NCBI GenBank assembly: GCA_951406725.2
Contig: OX597835.1
Location: forward strand, 43,090,001 to 43,154,000
Reading direction: 5' to 3'
From: Octopus vulgaris
Lineage: Eukaryota
Length of the DNA: 64,000 bases
Shown here: positions 14,319 through 26,598 of the stretch, one piece after another
Numbering within the stretch: position 1 is the stretch's first letter
Layout of the letters: every line of letters begins with the position of its first letter
Made by a program: the position numbers and the translations under genes
The notes under the pieces: generated by a model
What the model was told of the DNA's origin: nothing
The model's input: only the letters and a program-made list of their open reading frames with translations
Database searches by the model: none

Positions 14319-14779
14319 AAGATACCTCCCATCATTCTGAAGACTTTGGTAAAAAAAACATTGGAAACAATCCCCGTCAAAACGGAGAAATTCTAACTTA
14401 CGTGGGTCGTCTGATCTGAAATTCCGTTTTCCCGTAACTATCCGCCCACTTACAAACATTTTACCTACAAATTTCTTTGTAATCGTAATCTACACCGTTT
14501 GAAAGGCATTTGCTTAAAATTTCATTAAAAATACAGTTAATATTTACAATACCTATTTTCCAGAAAGTTATGAGGAGCAAAATGTCGGGTTCTGCGAATT
14601 CTCCGAAACTTTTCTCTCCAACCACTCGGAAAAGTTTTTTTTTTTTCCCCAATAAATCTTTACAAAAACTCAATAATCAGGATATAAGCGATTGTTTGGT
14701 GAAAGTTTCGTTAAAAAGTATCCGTATTTCTGGAAGATATGAGGCAACAAATTCAGTGGGGTATTAAACTGTAGTTGTG

Positions 14780-14918
14780 CCTTTTTTCAATGAATGTTAA
14801 CGTTAATGAATTAACGTCAGCTCCAGTTACTTTTTCAACGGATTAACAATTAACGATGTTAACTTTTTGGTGAACGGATTAACGAAGTTAACTGTTTGGT
14901 TAACGGTACCCACCTCTG
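14780..14918. mobile_element. hAT-like terminus with TTAAC subterminal repeats (similar patch 12120-12270)
   Basis: Ends ...gttaacggtacccacctctg (reverse complement CAGAGGTGGG) with clustered GTTAAC motifs. Confidence 0.35.
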
Positions 14919-15286
14919 ATATTTGTATTTGCATATATGTATGTATGCAGGGCCGGCGTAGTAACATTATTATAGGCCCTATAGAATATCTGTATATATT
15001 TCTTTACTACCCACAAGGGGCTAAACACAGAGGGGACAAACAAGGACGGATTAAGTCGATTACATCGACTCCAGTGCGAAACTGGTACTTTATTTATCGA
15101 CCCCGAAAGGATGATAGGCAAAGTCGACCTCGACAGAATTTGAACTCAGAACGTAACCACAGAGGAAATACCGCTAAGCATTTCGCCCGGCGTGCTAACG
15201 TTTCTGCCAGCTCAGAACCGAATTGGACTCCCAGACTTTTTGGGGTTCCAGGGCAACTGACCAGTGTGCACATGCCTTAATGTGGC

Positions 15287-15322
<36 letters not shown>

Positions 15323-15626
15323 TGTATATGTATGTTTGTGTACGTTCGTGTTTGTTTTGTTATTATACGTGTGTGTTTGTAAGTAGCTTATCATTTATTT
15401 TTAGCACTTTCAATTTCGTCCAATAAGGATATTGCTCAGGTCAGATTAACCGGTCAATTACTGTATTCAATGCTACGGGGTTAAGTGCTGTATGACCTGT
15501 GACCTCCTCAAACAGAAAACATTTTCTTTTCCATGGCTCTCTAAAAGTATAACTTTTTGTCACACCAATTTAAAAGACATTTAAAAAAGAAACAAGCAGA
15601 AAAAATATAAAGAAGAATCATTTACC

Positions 15627-18284
15627 TCATCTCTTTTGAGTCATAAGGAAAATACGGTCGGATATAAACTGGAAGGCACTGTAGAATGTGGTTAAGCTGC
15701 AATCGTGTATACCCCCAATAAGGCACGGTGCCATTAGATCCACAATAACCAATAAATTGATGTAGAATGTTTTCAGTTTCTGTGGTTCGACCAACATTAC
15801 TAACATCAATATGGCTACAGTGAGTATTTCATCAGAACAGACACAATATTGCTTATTATCGACTGAACAGAGGGTAGAAATCGTGGAATTTAAGCAATGA
15901 AACATTCGTGTTAAACAACGGAGTTTAGCGACAATACTACTGGTTATTGAAAGATTGTCCAAGTAGACTAGAGCTGGGGTAAACAACTGTTTGAACTTGA
16001 GTGTGTTGTATTGGGATTTTCTGGACGGTTTAGCTAAAGAAATCTCTGTGCGAACTGGTTCTTGTGGTCTGGGATTCGCAGATAAACGGGCCATAAAAGA
16101 CTCGTCAGAATCGACAGAGCTCTGTAAGGAGGTGCTTTGTGCAGAAATGTCCAGAGATTCCATTAGATTCGAGCATTCTTCATCAGCTCGCTTGTACAAA
16201 TTCCTCACCAAACTTCCTCGCCACTTCAAGTCTTCTAGTGAGGTAGACAGTCGAAAGTTACCAGTGTTCAAAATTTCTTCTTCTTCGCTGCTATTACTGC
16301 TACTTTTGCCAGAGTCTACCTGGCTGATGCCATCATACATGTCACACTTAGAAAAGAGATGCTGTACAAAGTCATCATCGGTAACAAATTCTGTAACAGA
16401 GAAATTTGCAATATTGCTGATGAGTTTTTGGCATTGCGAACCATAGGCTGTTGAGTAAAGGTAAAGAATATCGTCCATGATATTTAAGTACAGGTGACTC
16501 TCATAAATCAGCCACAGTTTGGCTGGAGAAATGTCTTCAGGTAAAAGTAGTGGTGGTAGGATTTGGTAGGTCATATTCTGCATGTGACTTTTGATATCAG
16601 AACAAATAATATCTAGAGAAGACTTCATAGGAATGGTTTTGAAACAATCGCTTAGAATGGACTGTCTTTTGTTCGAACAGCAGCCATCGTCTAATTCTGG
16701 TAATTCTATAGAATTGACACTTTGGTAACTTAGACTATCAGGAGAATTTGAAAGGGAGTTATATGTAAAATTTCTACGTCGATGTGTTGTGATTGTATTT
16801 TGATTTAGAATACTTAATTCCGCAGGCGAAATCCAAAATTCAGTAGACGTATCTTTCTTCAAAGTACCAAAGTTAAACATAACATTTTCATCAATAAAGG
16901 CATTTATTCTATCTCTAATGTTAGAACAAAAACGAACGTGAATTTTGTGTGCCGTTTCCTTGGGATTAGCTAAAATGTGAGCTATCTTTTCATTATGGGT
17001 TTTCCAATAATCAGGTTTTTCATTGACATCCAGAATGTCTGTAGCCCTTTCACTGCCATCGATTTTTACGTCTATACCCAAGGTTTCTCCAACAGATTGG
17101 ATATCTCGAATCGACATAGTTATAGCTTCGCGAACTGTCACCATTTTCACCTTATTGAAACATTGGTTCTGCAACTTTTCTTTTTGTTCCAATAACTTTT
17201 TGTAAACTTCATTATAAATATCATGAAATACATTCTTCTGTAATTTCTTGCGCCGAATTTTTTTCTTTTTCGATGCAGGCCTTACAATCACATTCTTTAT
17301 ATTTTCGCGAATATTTTCCAGATTTGTCAATTGTTGGTGAATTACATCTCTATCTTTGCGATAAATTTGTAACGTGCAAACATTTTGACTTTGACTCGCT
17401 TTCAAGTCGTTGATTTTTCTCTGACATTCATCCAGAAGTTTATCGTGCTTAAAAATGTCCCTTTCGACATCTTTGAGCAGGATTTCAAGAAACTCAGACT
17501 TGCAGTTATGTCTTATATAAGACTCTTTGTGAAAGCTTTCCGTGCGGAATAAACGTTCCCTTTGCGAACGAAGTGAGGATTCAGTTTGGAAAACAAGTTT
17601 GTCTTGTTTCAGGATAGCTTTTTCTATATTACTCAGCTGTTCGTGAATGTAATCCTGGGACTGCAAGAGAAGGGGCAGGTCGCAGGTGGTAAATTTTATT
17701 GACGGAAACACAAAACAGTGAAGTAGTCTTAATACGTGAGAATGGAATTGGTTGAGTGTGATTTCTTTACGCCTGAAATTGTTAAGACACTCGATAGCTT
17801 GGTCAAACAATTCGTCCAAGAAACATTCAAAATCGTAACATTCAGCATAGTCTGTGGCATCGATAGACTTTTCACTGAAACGATAATGAGAACAGAGGGT
17901 ATTGGAACCTTGTAGAGTTTCTTCAGTCTCGGCCTCCAGTGGTACACCCCCGCCACAAAGTCTAAAGGACTTTCGAAATTTAATTCGCCGAAGATCACAA
18001 TCCAGGTGAATATAAGAAATGACAAGGCATTTAAACCATATAGCAGGTTCCATCACAACGGTTTCAGAAGAGGTCGAGGCCTCCCCAACGCGAGGGCGAC
18101 AGTCGTCTCGTATGTTGACATCATAAATACTTTCGGTATGTTTCCCGAACTTTATACGTACCTCCATGTCTAAAACACAATTCAGATTGACAGGGGTGTT
18201 TTTAAATAATCCTCTCCGAGTAATTACGCTGTTACTTTCATTGCTGGTTTGTTTTGTAGATAAATTACAGCAGGGAAAACACAT
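15627..18284 (-). CDS. Uninterrupted 885-aa ORF, putative VPS9-domain protein (Rab5-family GEF-like) with central coiled coil
   Basis: 2.66-kb non-repetitive ORF with ATG start (alternative M40). The C-terminus FTPALVYLDNL...AKLRCLTRMF...CSDEILTVAILML...IGGIHDCSLTTFYSAFQFI resembles the VPS9 pattern (KL.CL / ADDLLP / Y.LT.F.SA..FI). Charged coiled-coil-like region at about aa 205-380 and a basic KKKKIRRKK stretch. Domain call by motif recognition only. Confidence 0.8.
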   Translation of the reverse strand: MCFPCCNLSTKQTSNESNSVITRRGLFKNTPVNLNCVLDMEVRIKFGKHTESIYDVNIRDDCRPRVGEASTSSETVVMEPAIWFKCLVISYIHLDCDLRRIKFRKSFRLCGGGVPLEAETEETLQGSNTLCSHYRFSEKSIDATDYAECYDFECFLDELFDQAIECLNNFRRKEITLNQFHSHVLRLLHCFVFPSIKFTTCDLPLLLQSQDYIHEQLSNIEKAILKQDKLVFQTESSLRSQRERLFRTESFHKESYIRHNCKSEFLEILLKDVERDIFKHDKLLDECQRKINDLKASQSQNVCTLQIYRKDRDVIHQQLTNLENIRENIKNVIVRPASKKKKIRRKKLQKNVFHDIYNEVYKKLLEQKEKLQNQCFNKVKMVTVREAITMSIRDIQSVGETLGIDVKIDGSERATDILDVNEKPDYWKTHNEKIAHILANPKETAHKIHVRFCSNIRDRINAFIDENVMFNFGTLKKDTSTEFWISPAELSILNQNTITTHRRRNFTYNSLSNSPDSLSYQSVNSIELPELDDGCCSNKRQSILSDCFKTIPMKSSLDIICSDIKSHMQNMTYQILPPLLLPEDISPAKLWLIYESHLYLNIMDDILYLYSTAYGSQCQKLISNIANFSVTEFVTDDDFVQHLFSKCDMYDGISQVDSGKSSSNSSEEEEILNTGNFRLSTSLEDLKWRGSLVRNLYKRADEECSNLMESLDISAQSTSLQSSVDSDESFMARLSANPRPQEPVRTEISLAKPSRKSQYNTLKFKQLFTPALVYLDNLSITSSIVAKLRCLTRMFHCLNSTISTLCSVDNKQYCVCSDEILTVAILMLVMLVEPQKLKTFYINLLVIVDLMAPCLIGGIHDCSLTTFYSAFQFISDRIFLMTQKR

Positions 18285-18839
18285 TAATAGGAGAAAGAAA
18301 TATAGAACATTTTTGTTTACTTACAAATATTAATAATATTTGTTATGTGTCAGTTATGAGTAGTCGTCTTCCGTGCACTGACATAACTCCGGGCGGGTGA
18401 GGCGTAGGTAAATACTCCAAATTTGAGATAAGCTTTTTATTTTTTAATCCTTTAATGAAATAACATCACAAACGAAAAGATAAGCCGCTTCAATTGTAGG
18501 TACACCACCACCACTTGTTGATAGCTTTAGTACAGAGGACACAATAGTAGGAGTTTAAATATTGTTGTTTAGTCATAGACAAACTATCAGCAAAAGCCCT
18601 TCACGTCATTTAGACGGCAGCGGGAGGGAAAAGCATTTAAATGTTGACATCATTAACAGCTACAATGTCTACACGACGAGTAAATTACAGTAAAATCCGA
18701 TTGTTTCCGATCTGTTTTCCCCCATCAACGTTGCTTTAGTTTTATAAGTTGTATCTGAAGTTTACATCATCGTCGTCGTCGTCCGGTCCGACTTCGTGGC
18801 TCGCACCTGCTCTGCTTAGTCCGGAATGACAAGACTCAG

Positions 18840-19623
18840 GGAAGTAGAAGTAGAAGAAGAAGAAGGCGGGGAACTGGTTTTGTGTTGGTGTAAAGTGAGG
18901 GGTGGGGAGAAGCCTGTGTTGAGTCAGTGGTGGCGGCGGCGGATGAGGAGGAGGAGGAGGAGGAGGTAGAGAAAGCTAGGAGAAAAGTTTGAGGTGGAGA
19001 GTGAGAGTGAGAGATATTAATGACAAAGAGGGAGTGTGTGTGAAAGAGATTAATAGCAAAGATAGAGTGAGAGTGAAAGAGATTAATTACAAAGGGAGAG
19101 TGGAGGAGAATATGGAGGTGAAATTACTTTAAGGCGGTGGTGGCGATAGAGAGAGAGAGAGAGACTATAACAAAACAGAGAGGTGGAGGAGGAGAAGACG
19201 GAGGGTGGAACTATTTCAGGGCGATGGTGGCGACGAAGAAACACGAAAGAGAGGAGAGGTGCGGAATGATTAACAGAAAGAGGGTGACAAGAGACAGAGA
19301 GAGGGAGAGAAATAAAGACTAGAGATAGAGAGAAAGAGAGAGAGAGCCAAACAGAGAAATGTATGGAAGGAAGGGGAAGAGGAGACGTTAGAATAGTATG
19401 AAAAAGTAGCACGTGCAAAAGAGAGAGAGTGGGAGGAATGTTTTGAGTTGAAGGTGAAAGAAGGAGAGACGAGGATGAGATAATGTTTTGTAGGAGTCAC
19501 GTGGGACTGTTGTGGAAACCGTTTATCTTCGTCCCACTCGGATTCTCTATTCTTTTTCATTCACACTCCTTTAAAACAAAATCGTCAGAATCCCAGCGTG
19601 ACTACACATCTCTTTATTTCTCC

Positions 19624-19654
<31 letters not shown>

Positions 19655-19720
19655 GGTAATCTCCCATTCATTCCCCCCAGCTCTGTCTCTCTGTCTCTCT
19701 CTCTCTCTTTCTCTCTTTCT
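18840..19720 (-). promoter_or_regulatory. Purine/pyrimidine-skewed, CpG-retaining region upstream of the VPS9-like ORF (possible promoter or 5' UTR)
   Basis: Long GA-rich tract and CpG-rich patch at 18770-18830, SINE-free, directly 5' of the gene. Confidence 0.3.
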
Positions 19721-19909
19721 TTCGAGGTTCTGATAGAAATTAGAGGAGAAAAAGAACTCAACACATGTGCTCATATGTATGTATATGAATAAATTGAATA
19801 ATACGTGCCAATGAACGAAAAGCTGGGCCCTTGAATAATTTTTATAATTTTCTGTCGATTAATAATGTGTGTATGTCTATATATATACACACACACACAT
19901 ATAACAAGA

Positions 19910-19945
<36 letters not shown>

Positions 19946-20683
19946 ATATAGAAGGCATTATTACACATAAATGCCACACGCTAGGAGGGACTTTTAATAT
20001 ATATATGTATATACTCATACATACAGGAGTGGTTGTGTGGTAAGTAGCTTACTAACCAACCACGTAGGATCCGGGTTCAGTCCTACTGCGGGGCACTTTG
20101 AGCAAGTGCTTTCTACTTGTGAGTTCATTTGGTAGACGCAGACTGAAAGAAGCCCGTCGTATATATATATACGTCTGTGTTTGACCCACCCCAACCATCG
20201 CTTGACAACCGATGTTGGTGTGTTTGCGTCCCCGTAACTTAGTAGTTTTGGCTAAAGAGACCAATAGAATAAGTACTAGGCTGACAAAGAATAAGTCCTA
20301 GGCGGTGCTACAGCGTGGCCGCAGTCAAATGACTGAAACAAATACATACAAGCGTACAAACCTGTATATATACAGGAATCACTCGACTATCACAGGTATT
20401 GTGTTCCAACCCCACCCCCCACCCATGATAGGTAAAAACCCGTAAAGTATGTTTTTGTTATTTTTATAATTTACTCTTTTACTTGTTTCAGTCATTTTGA
20501 CTGCGGCCATGCTGGAACAGCGCCTTTAGTCGAGCAAATCGATCCCAGGACTTAGTCTTTGGAAGACTAGTACAGTACGTATTCTATCGTTTTCTTTTGC
20601 CGAACCGCTAAGTTACGGGGGCGTAAACACACCAGCATCGGTTGTTAGGCGATGTTGGGAGGACAAACACAGACACACACACA

Positions 20684-20732
<49 letters not shown>

Positions 20733-20995
20733 GTATATATATGAATAAAAAATGGAGTTAACGCAGGTGTAAACAAGTATTTTTACTTTCGACACATGTT
20801 TCGAAAATTCCACTGATACTCCATTTTTTATTCATATTATTCAAAATATTCCACGTAAGCACGAAGTTTCAACCTTTATAAACAAGGAGTTACAACACCT
20901 TTACTTGTGAGATTTTTGCTGCCCTGGTAACTATTTATTTATTTTTTCCGTGTTAATTGTTAACAAGGTAAAAATACACTCATCTATTTATATGG

Positions 20996-21084
<89 letters not shown>

Positions 21085-22094
21085 AGTATACATATACACA
21101 CATACATATACATATATATATACAACAGGCTTTTTTCAGTTTCCGTCTACCAAATCCACTCACAAGGCTTTGGTCAGCCCTGAGGCTATAGTAGAAGACA
21201 CCTGCCCAAGGTGCCACGCAGTGGGAATGAACCCGGAACCATGTTATTTCTTTATTATGAACCCGGAACCATGTGGTTGGTAAGCAAGCTACTTACCACA
21301 CAGCCACTCCTGCTCCTGTAAATATTTTATCATAAATGCAAAGCAACACAACAAGGGATAAGCCGCAATATGGTGAGGGATTACTGTGCATAGGCGCAGG
21401 AGTGGCTGTGTGGTAAGTAGCTTGCTAACCAACCACATGGTTCCGGGTTCAGTCCCACTGCGTGGCATCTTGGGCAAGTGTCTTCTGCTATAGCCTCGGG
21501 CCGACCAAAGCCTTGTGAGTGGATTTGGTAGACGGAAACTGAAAGAAGCCTGTCATATATATATATATATATATGTATGTTTGTGTCTGTGTTTGCCCCC
21601 CTAGCATTGCTTGACAACCGATGCTGGTGTGTTTACGTCCCTGTCACTTAGCGGTTCGGCAAAAGAGACCGATAGAATAAGTACTGGGCTTACAAAGAAT
21701 AAGTCCTGGGGTCGATTTGCTCAACTAAAGGCGGTGCTCCAGCATGGCCGCAGTGAAATGACTGAAACAAGTAAAAAAAGAAAGAAAAAAAAGATACGTA
21801 TGTGTACAGACTGACCCAAGGATCAAGAATGACATGCTTTGGCACCGTTCAAACGTCCCCGTAAGCAATACTGTATATATAGTGTGTGGATATGGTTGTG
21901 TGTTTGTGTTTGTCACACACACCCCGCCCCACCATTGCTTGACAACCGATGTCCTCGTAACTTAGCGGTTCAGCAAAAGAGACCAATAGAATAAGTACTA
22001 GGCTTGCAAAGAATAAGTCCTGGGGTCGATTTGTTTGACTAAAGGTGATGCTCCAGCATGGCCACAGTCAAAAGAATATACATATATATATATA

Positions 22095-22292
22095 ATTTAT
22101 TTTATAGAAGGAGCTTCTACAGGACTAGAACTGTTTCATTCAAAAGAAATCATCATGAGCTTCCTGATGATTTCTTTTGAATGAAACAGTTCTAGTCCTG
22201 TAGAAGCTCCTTCTATAAAATAAATTAATTTACTCTGCTATGTATTGAGTACCTTATTTACTGTGGTTAACCCCGACTCAACTCGGGACCTA
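22095..22292 (+). mobile_element. Minimal fold-back derivative of a family-A PLE pLTR
   Basis: About 60-bp inverted arm, then HHR, then the same 70-nt tail ending gggacctac|atat as the full element. Flanked by (TA)n and diverged at a few positions from the 53-kb copy. Confidence 0.85.
22157..22209 (+). ncRNA. Type I hammerhead ribozyme (family A variant)
   Basis: gagcttc-CTGATGA-tttcttttgaat-GAAA-CAGttctagtcCTG-TA^gaagctc. Differences from the 47.9-kb copy fall in N7 and the loops only. Confidence 0.85.
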
Positions 22293-22308
22293 CATATATA
22301 TATATATA

Positions 22309-23255
22309 CTTTATTTTAAGCAGCAGAAAATTCAACAAAATCTGTTACTCTGAGTTTCTCGTTGCCGTTCATCAGACAGTTTTTGCTAGAATGGAACTGA
22401 TATATCAATTCAATCTATACTCTTACAAACGCTACACCTTTAAAGAAATGGACTTGTTTGATTGGCCCTTTAGAAAAAACGGTCAATCTTGAGCGATAAA
22501 CAAAAAGGTCAAAAATATATGTATATATATATAAAAACTTATAAAAAATTATAAAAATTATAAAATCCGAGGAAAAAACCTATTGACGTTAATGAAGACA
22601 GTGCAAATTAATGCATAGAAATTAAACCTGTTATAAATACTGCAATACATATTTATATTAAAATCTACATATATATATCAACATACACAAAAGGATGCGC
22701 GTAAACGCCATACATACATATACAGACGTATGAATATATGTGTATATTTAGACTTATATTCATACGTCTGTATATGTATGTATGGGTTTACGCGCATCCT
22801 TTTGTGTATGTTGATATATATATGTAGATTTTAATATAAATATGTATTGCAGTATTTATAACAGGTTTAATTTCTATGCATTAATTTGCACTGTCTTCAT
22901 TAACGTCAATAGGTTTTTTCCTCGGATTTTATAATTTTTATAATTTTTTATAAGTTTTTATATATATATACATATATTTTTGACCTTTTTGTTTATCGCT
23001 CGAAGATTGACCGTTTTTTCTAAAGGGCCAATCAAACAAGTCCATTTCTTTTTAAAGGTGTAGCGTTTGTAAGAGTATAGATTGAATTGATATATCAGTT
23101 CCATTCTAGCAAAAACTGTCTGATGAACGGCAACGAGAAACTCAGAGTAACAGATTTTGTTGAATTTTCTGCTGCTTAAAATAAAGCATAATACTCTACC
23201 ACTGGTATTTGAGTACTCTTTTTTCCACCTTGTTTCACATTTATGTGTTTACTCC

Positions 23256-23258
<3 letters not shown>
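22309..23258 (+). mobile_element. Fold-back PLE terminal element, family B (about 430-bp arms plus about 70-nt tail)
   Basis: 22309-22738 is the reverse complement of 22755-23186. HHR in each arm, (TA)n on both sides, no ORF. Confidence 0.8.
23111..23158 (+). ncRNA. Minimal type I hammerhead ribozyme (family B); further copies at 22337-22384(-), 23332-23379(-), 23382-23429(+)
   Basis: aaaaactgt-CTGATGA-aCGgcaaCGa-GAAA-CTCaGAG-TA^acagatttt. GCAA-capped mini stem II, near-palindromic ACTC-A-GAGT stem III, GUA site. Confidence 0.8.
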
Positions 23259-23302
<44 letters not shown>

Positions 23303-23304
<2 letters not shown>

Positions 23305-23526
23305 TTTATTTTAAGCAGCAGAAAATTCAACAAAATCTGTTACTCTGAGTTTCTCGTTGCCGTTCATCAGACAGTTTTTGCAAAAACTGTCTGATGAACG
23401 GCAACGAGAAACTCAGAGTAACAGATTTTGTTGAATTTTCTGCTGCTTAAAATAAAGCATATTACTCTACCACTGGTATTTGAGTACTCTTTTTTCCACC
23501 TTGTTTCACATTTATGTGTTAATCCA
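23303..23526 (+). mobile_element. Short family-B fold-back with spacerless perfect palindrome (about 77-bp arms) plus tail
   Basis: Centre tttttg|caaaaa at 23380/23381; same tail as 23187-23258. Confidence 0.8.
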
Positions 23527-24006
23527 AACATGAAAACACAAAGAGAAAACACAACAACGCAAGGACGTGGAACAAGTATATCATCATCATCATCATCATA
23601 ATTTAGCATCTGCTTTCTATGCTAGCATGGGTTGGACGGTTCAACTGGGGTCTGGGAGGCCTGAAGGCAACACCAGGCCCAGTCTGATCTAGCAGTGTTC
23701 CTACAGCTGGATGCCCTTCCTAAAGCCAACCACTCCGTGAGTGCAGTGGGTGATTTTTACGTGCCACCGGCACAGGTGCCAGACAGGGCTGGCAAACGGC
23801 CACGATCGGATGGTGCTTTTTATATATACACATATATAAAACACACACATGCACATATGTATATACACACAGGCATACATGCACACATGCGTATGTACAT
23901 ACATACATACATACATACATACATACATACATACATACATACATGCACACATGCGTATGTACATACACACACATACATACATACATACATACATGCATAC
24001 ATACAT

Positions 24007-24039
<33 letters not shown>

Positions 24040-25399
24040 TACATACATACATACATGCATGCATACATACATTCATACACACACATACATACCTACCTAT
24101 ATACATACATATACACACACATACATACATACATACATACATACATACATACATACACACACACATACATAAATACATACATACATACATGGTGACCTGA
24201 CAAGTTCAGGTGCAATAGACTTTGTCTATGGTTCTGTTTTACTCTTCTGTCCCTGATTGGGAGAGTACAACACCTGAGGAGGTCTTCTCTGCCACCTTAA
24301 GAGGATATGAAATCCACATCTGTCTCAGATCTGTGGAAAAACAATATCACCCTCTGACCCCCTGCATGCAAGGTCAAAGTTGAAGACTTCTATTGCACCC
24401 TCCACCTCTCTCCATCTTCTCTTTCCCCATCACAACTGTATTCATGAAGAAACTGTGATGACGTTGGTGTGGTGGTTTCTTGACCATCCTCCATGATGAC
24501 AATCCTTATGATGGTGGCCATGGTTTGTGCAGTGCCAGTGCCACTCTCTTGGCATTCAGACTTGCAATGGTTTGGTGCAACAAGTGCAGAAAGCCCAGCA
24601 GTTATCAGGAGGCAGGATTTATACAGAGTTATCTTCTCTTAGATAAGCAACTAAAGAGCTGAGGGGCCTTATCTGCCTTGGGTCCACTGGTGCGTCTGTG
24701 AGTGGCCTTCATCTGGGGGCAATTCCATGACATGCTAATTAACCTACAGCTAGGACTCTGATGGGTGCTACTATTCCAGGTCAGAGTAGACTTGGGAACA
24801 ACAATGGCTAAGAGATGATTCCACATTCCTCAAAACCCTAAGATTTCTGAACCAGTGCCCCATTGCCAGAAACAGTTTAAAATCAGACCCAAGACAAGCT
24901 GTAATATAAATGAACCTGATTAACTAATTACTGCTCACAATGATGACATAGTTCTAAGATGTTGTTCTAGTTTAGCCATGAGTTGACCCTTATTAAGAAG
25001 ACCTATGATCAGAGAAGTTCTGGTAATGACCATCCTGTCTTATTAGGGATATCTGGACAACTTTACCTTATATGTCTCCCTTCCTGCTAATTTCATTCAC
25101 AAAGCATTGTTCAACCTAAGCCTTTATTAGAAGTCACTTACCCAAGGTTCTCTTAGATGAACTGCTAAAGAGCTGAAGGGGTTCATCTGCCGTGGGTCCA
25201 CTGGTGTGTCTGTGAGTGGCCTTCATCTGGGGGCAATTCCATAACATGCTAATTAACCTACAGCGAGGACTCTGATGGGTGCTACTATTCCAGGTCAGAA
25301 TAGACTTGGGTACAACAATGGCTAAGAGATGATTTCACATTCCTCAAAACTCTAAAACTTCTGAACCAGTGCCCCATTGCCAGATGTAGTTTATAGTCA

Positions 25400-25502
<103 letters not shown>

Positions 25503-26011
25503 TGACTGTAAACGAGTATGGTTATCATACAAGTAATGTTGTTTGTTTCCAGTCTTCCATGGTTAATATGTCAACCGTTTACACGCAAACACAAAAGAAG
25601 GTCGTTCAAATGATCCAACGACTGGACATTCATTGTCCAAAGCTCACGCTACCCCCACCGCCACCACCACCACATTTGCTTCCTCAAATTGTTCCTCAAC
25701 CCATGAAAACCACTCGACATTAACATCATCCTCATTTAGTGTCTGCTTTCTGTACTGGTATGGGCTGGTATGGTTTTGACAGGAACTGGTGTGCAAGAAA
25801 ACTGTGCCAAGCTCTACCGTCTGCTTTCACATGGGCCTCTACATCTGTTTATGTGGCACCAGCACTAGAAAAGTCACAGGTGTGACTTTGTGGTAAGAAG
25901 TTTGCTTCTCAGCCATATGGTTCTAGGTTCAGTCCCACTGGTGTCTTCGTGGGCCAACCAAACCCTTGTGAGTGGGTTTGGTGGATGGAAACTGAAAGAA
26001 GCCTGCCCATC

Positions 26012-26045
<34 letters not shown>

Positions 26046-26240
26046 GTGTGTGCGCGTGTGTGTGTATATATATATATATATGTATATATATATGTATATA
26101 TATATGTGACGTGTCACTGGCACAGGAGCCAGTCAGGGGGCACTCGCCATAGCTATGATTTTGATGTGTGTGTGTGTGTGCGTGTGTGTGTGTGTGCATG
26201 TGTGCGTGTGTGTATGTGTGCGTGTGTGTGTGTGTGCGTG

Positions 26241-26327
<87 letters not shown>

Positions 26328-26519
26328 ACTTACAAAAATTCAGGGTGTGTGAGTGAGAGAGAGTGTCTTTGTGTCTGTGTTTGTTCTCCCATCAGTGCTT
26401 GACAACTGGTGTCGGTGTGTTTACATCCCCATAACTTAGCAATTCAGCAAAAGACACTGATAGAATAAGTACTACGCTTAAGAAGTAAGTCCTGGGGTCG
26501 ATTTCTCCAACTAAGTCAT

Positions 26520-26598
<79 letters not shown>

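Noticed and set aside
15991-18025. Short ORFs overlapping the VPS9-like gene, and antisense ORFs over the PLE ORF
   Set aside because: Shadow frames of real coding sequence.
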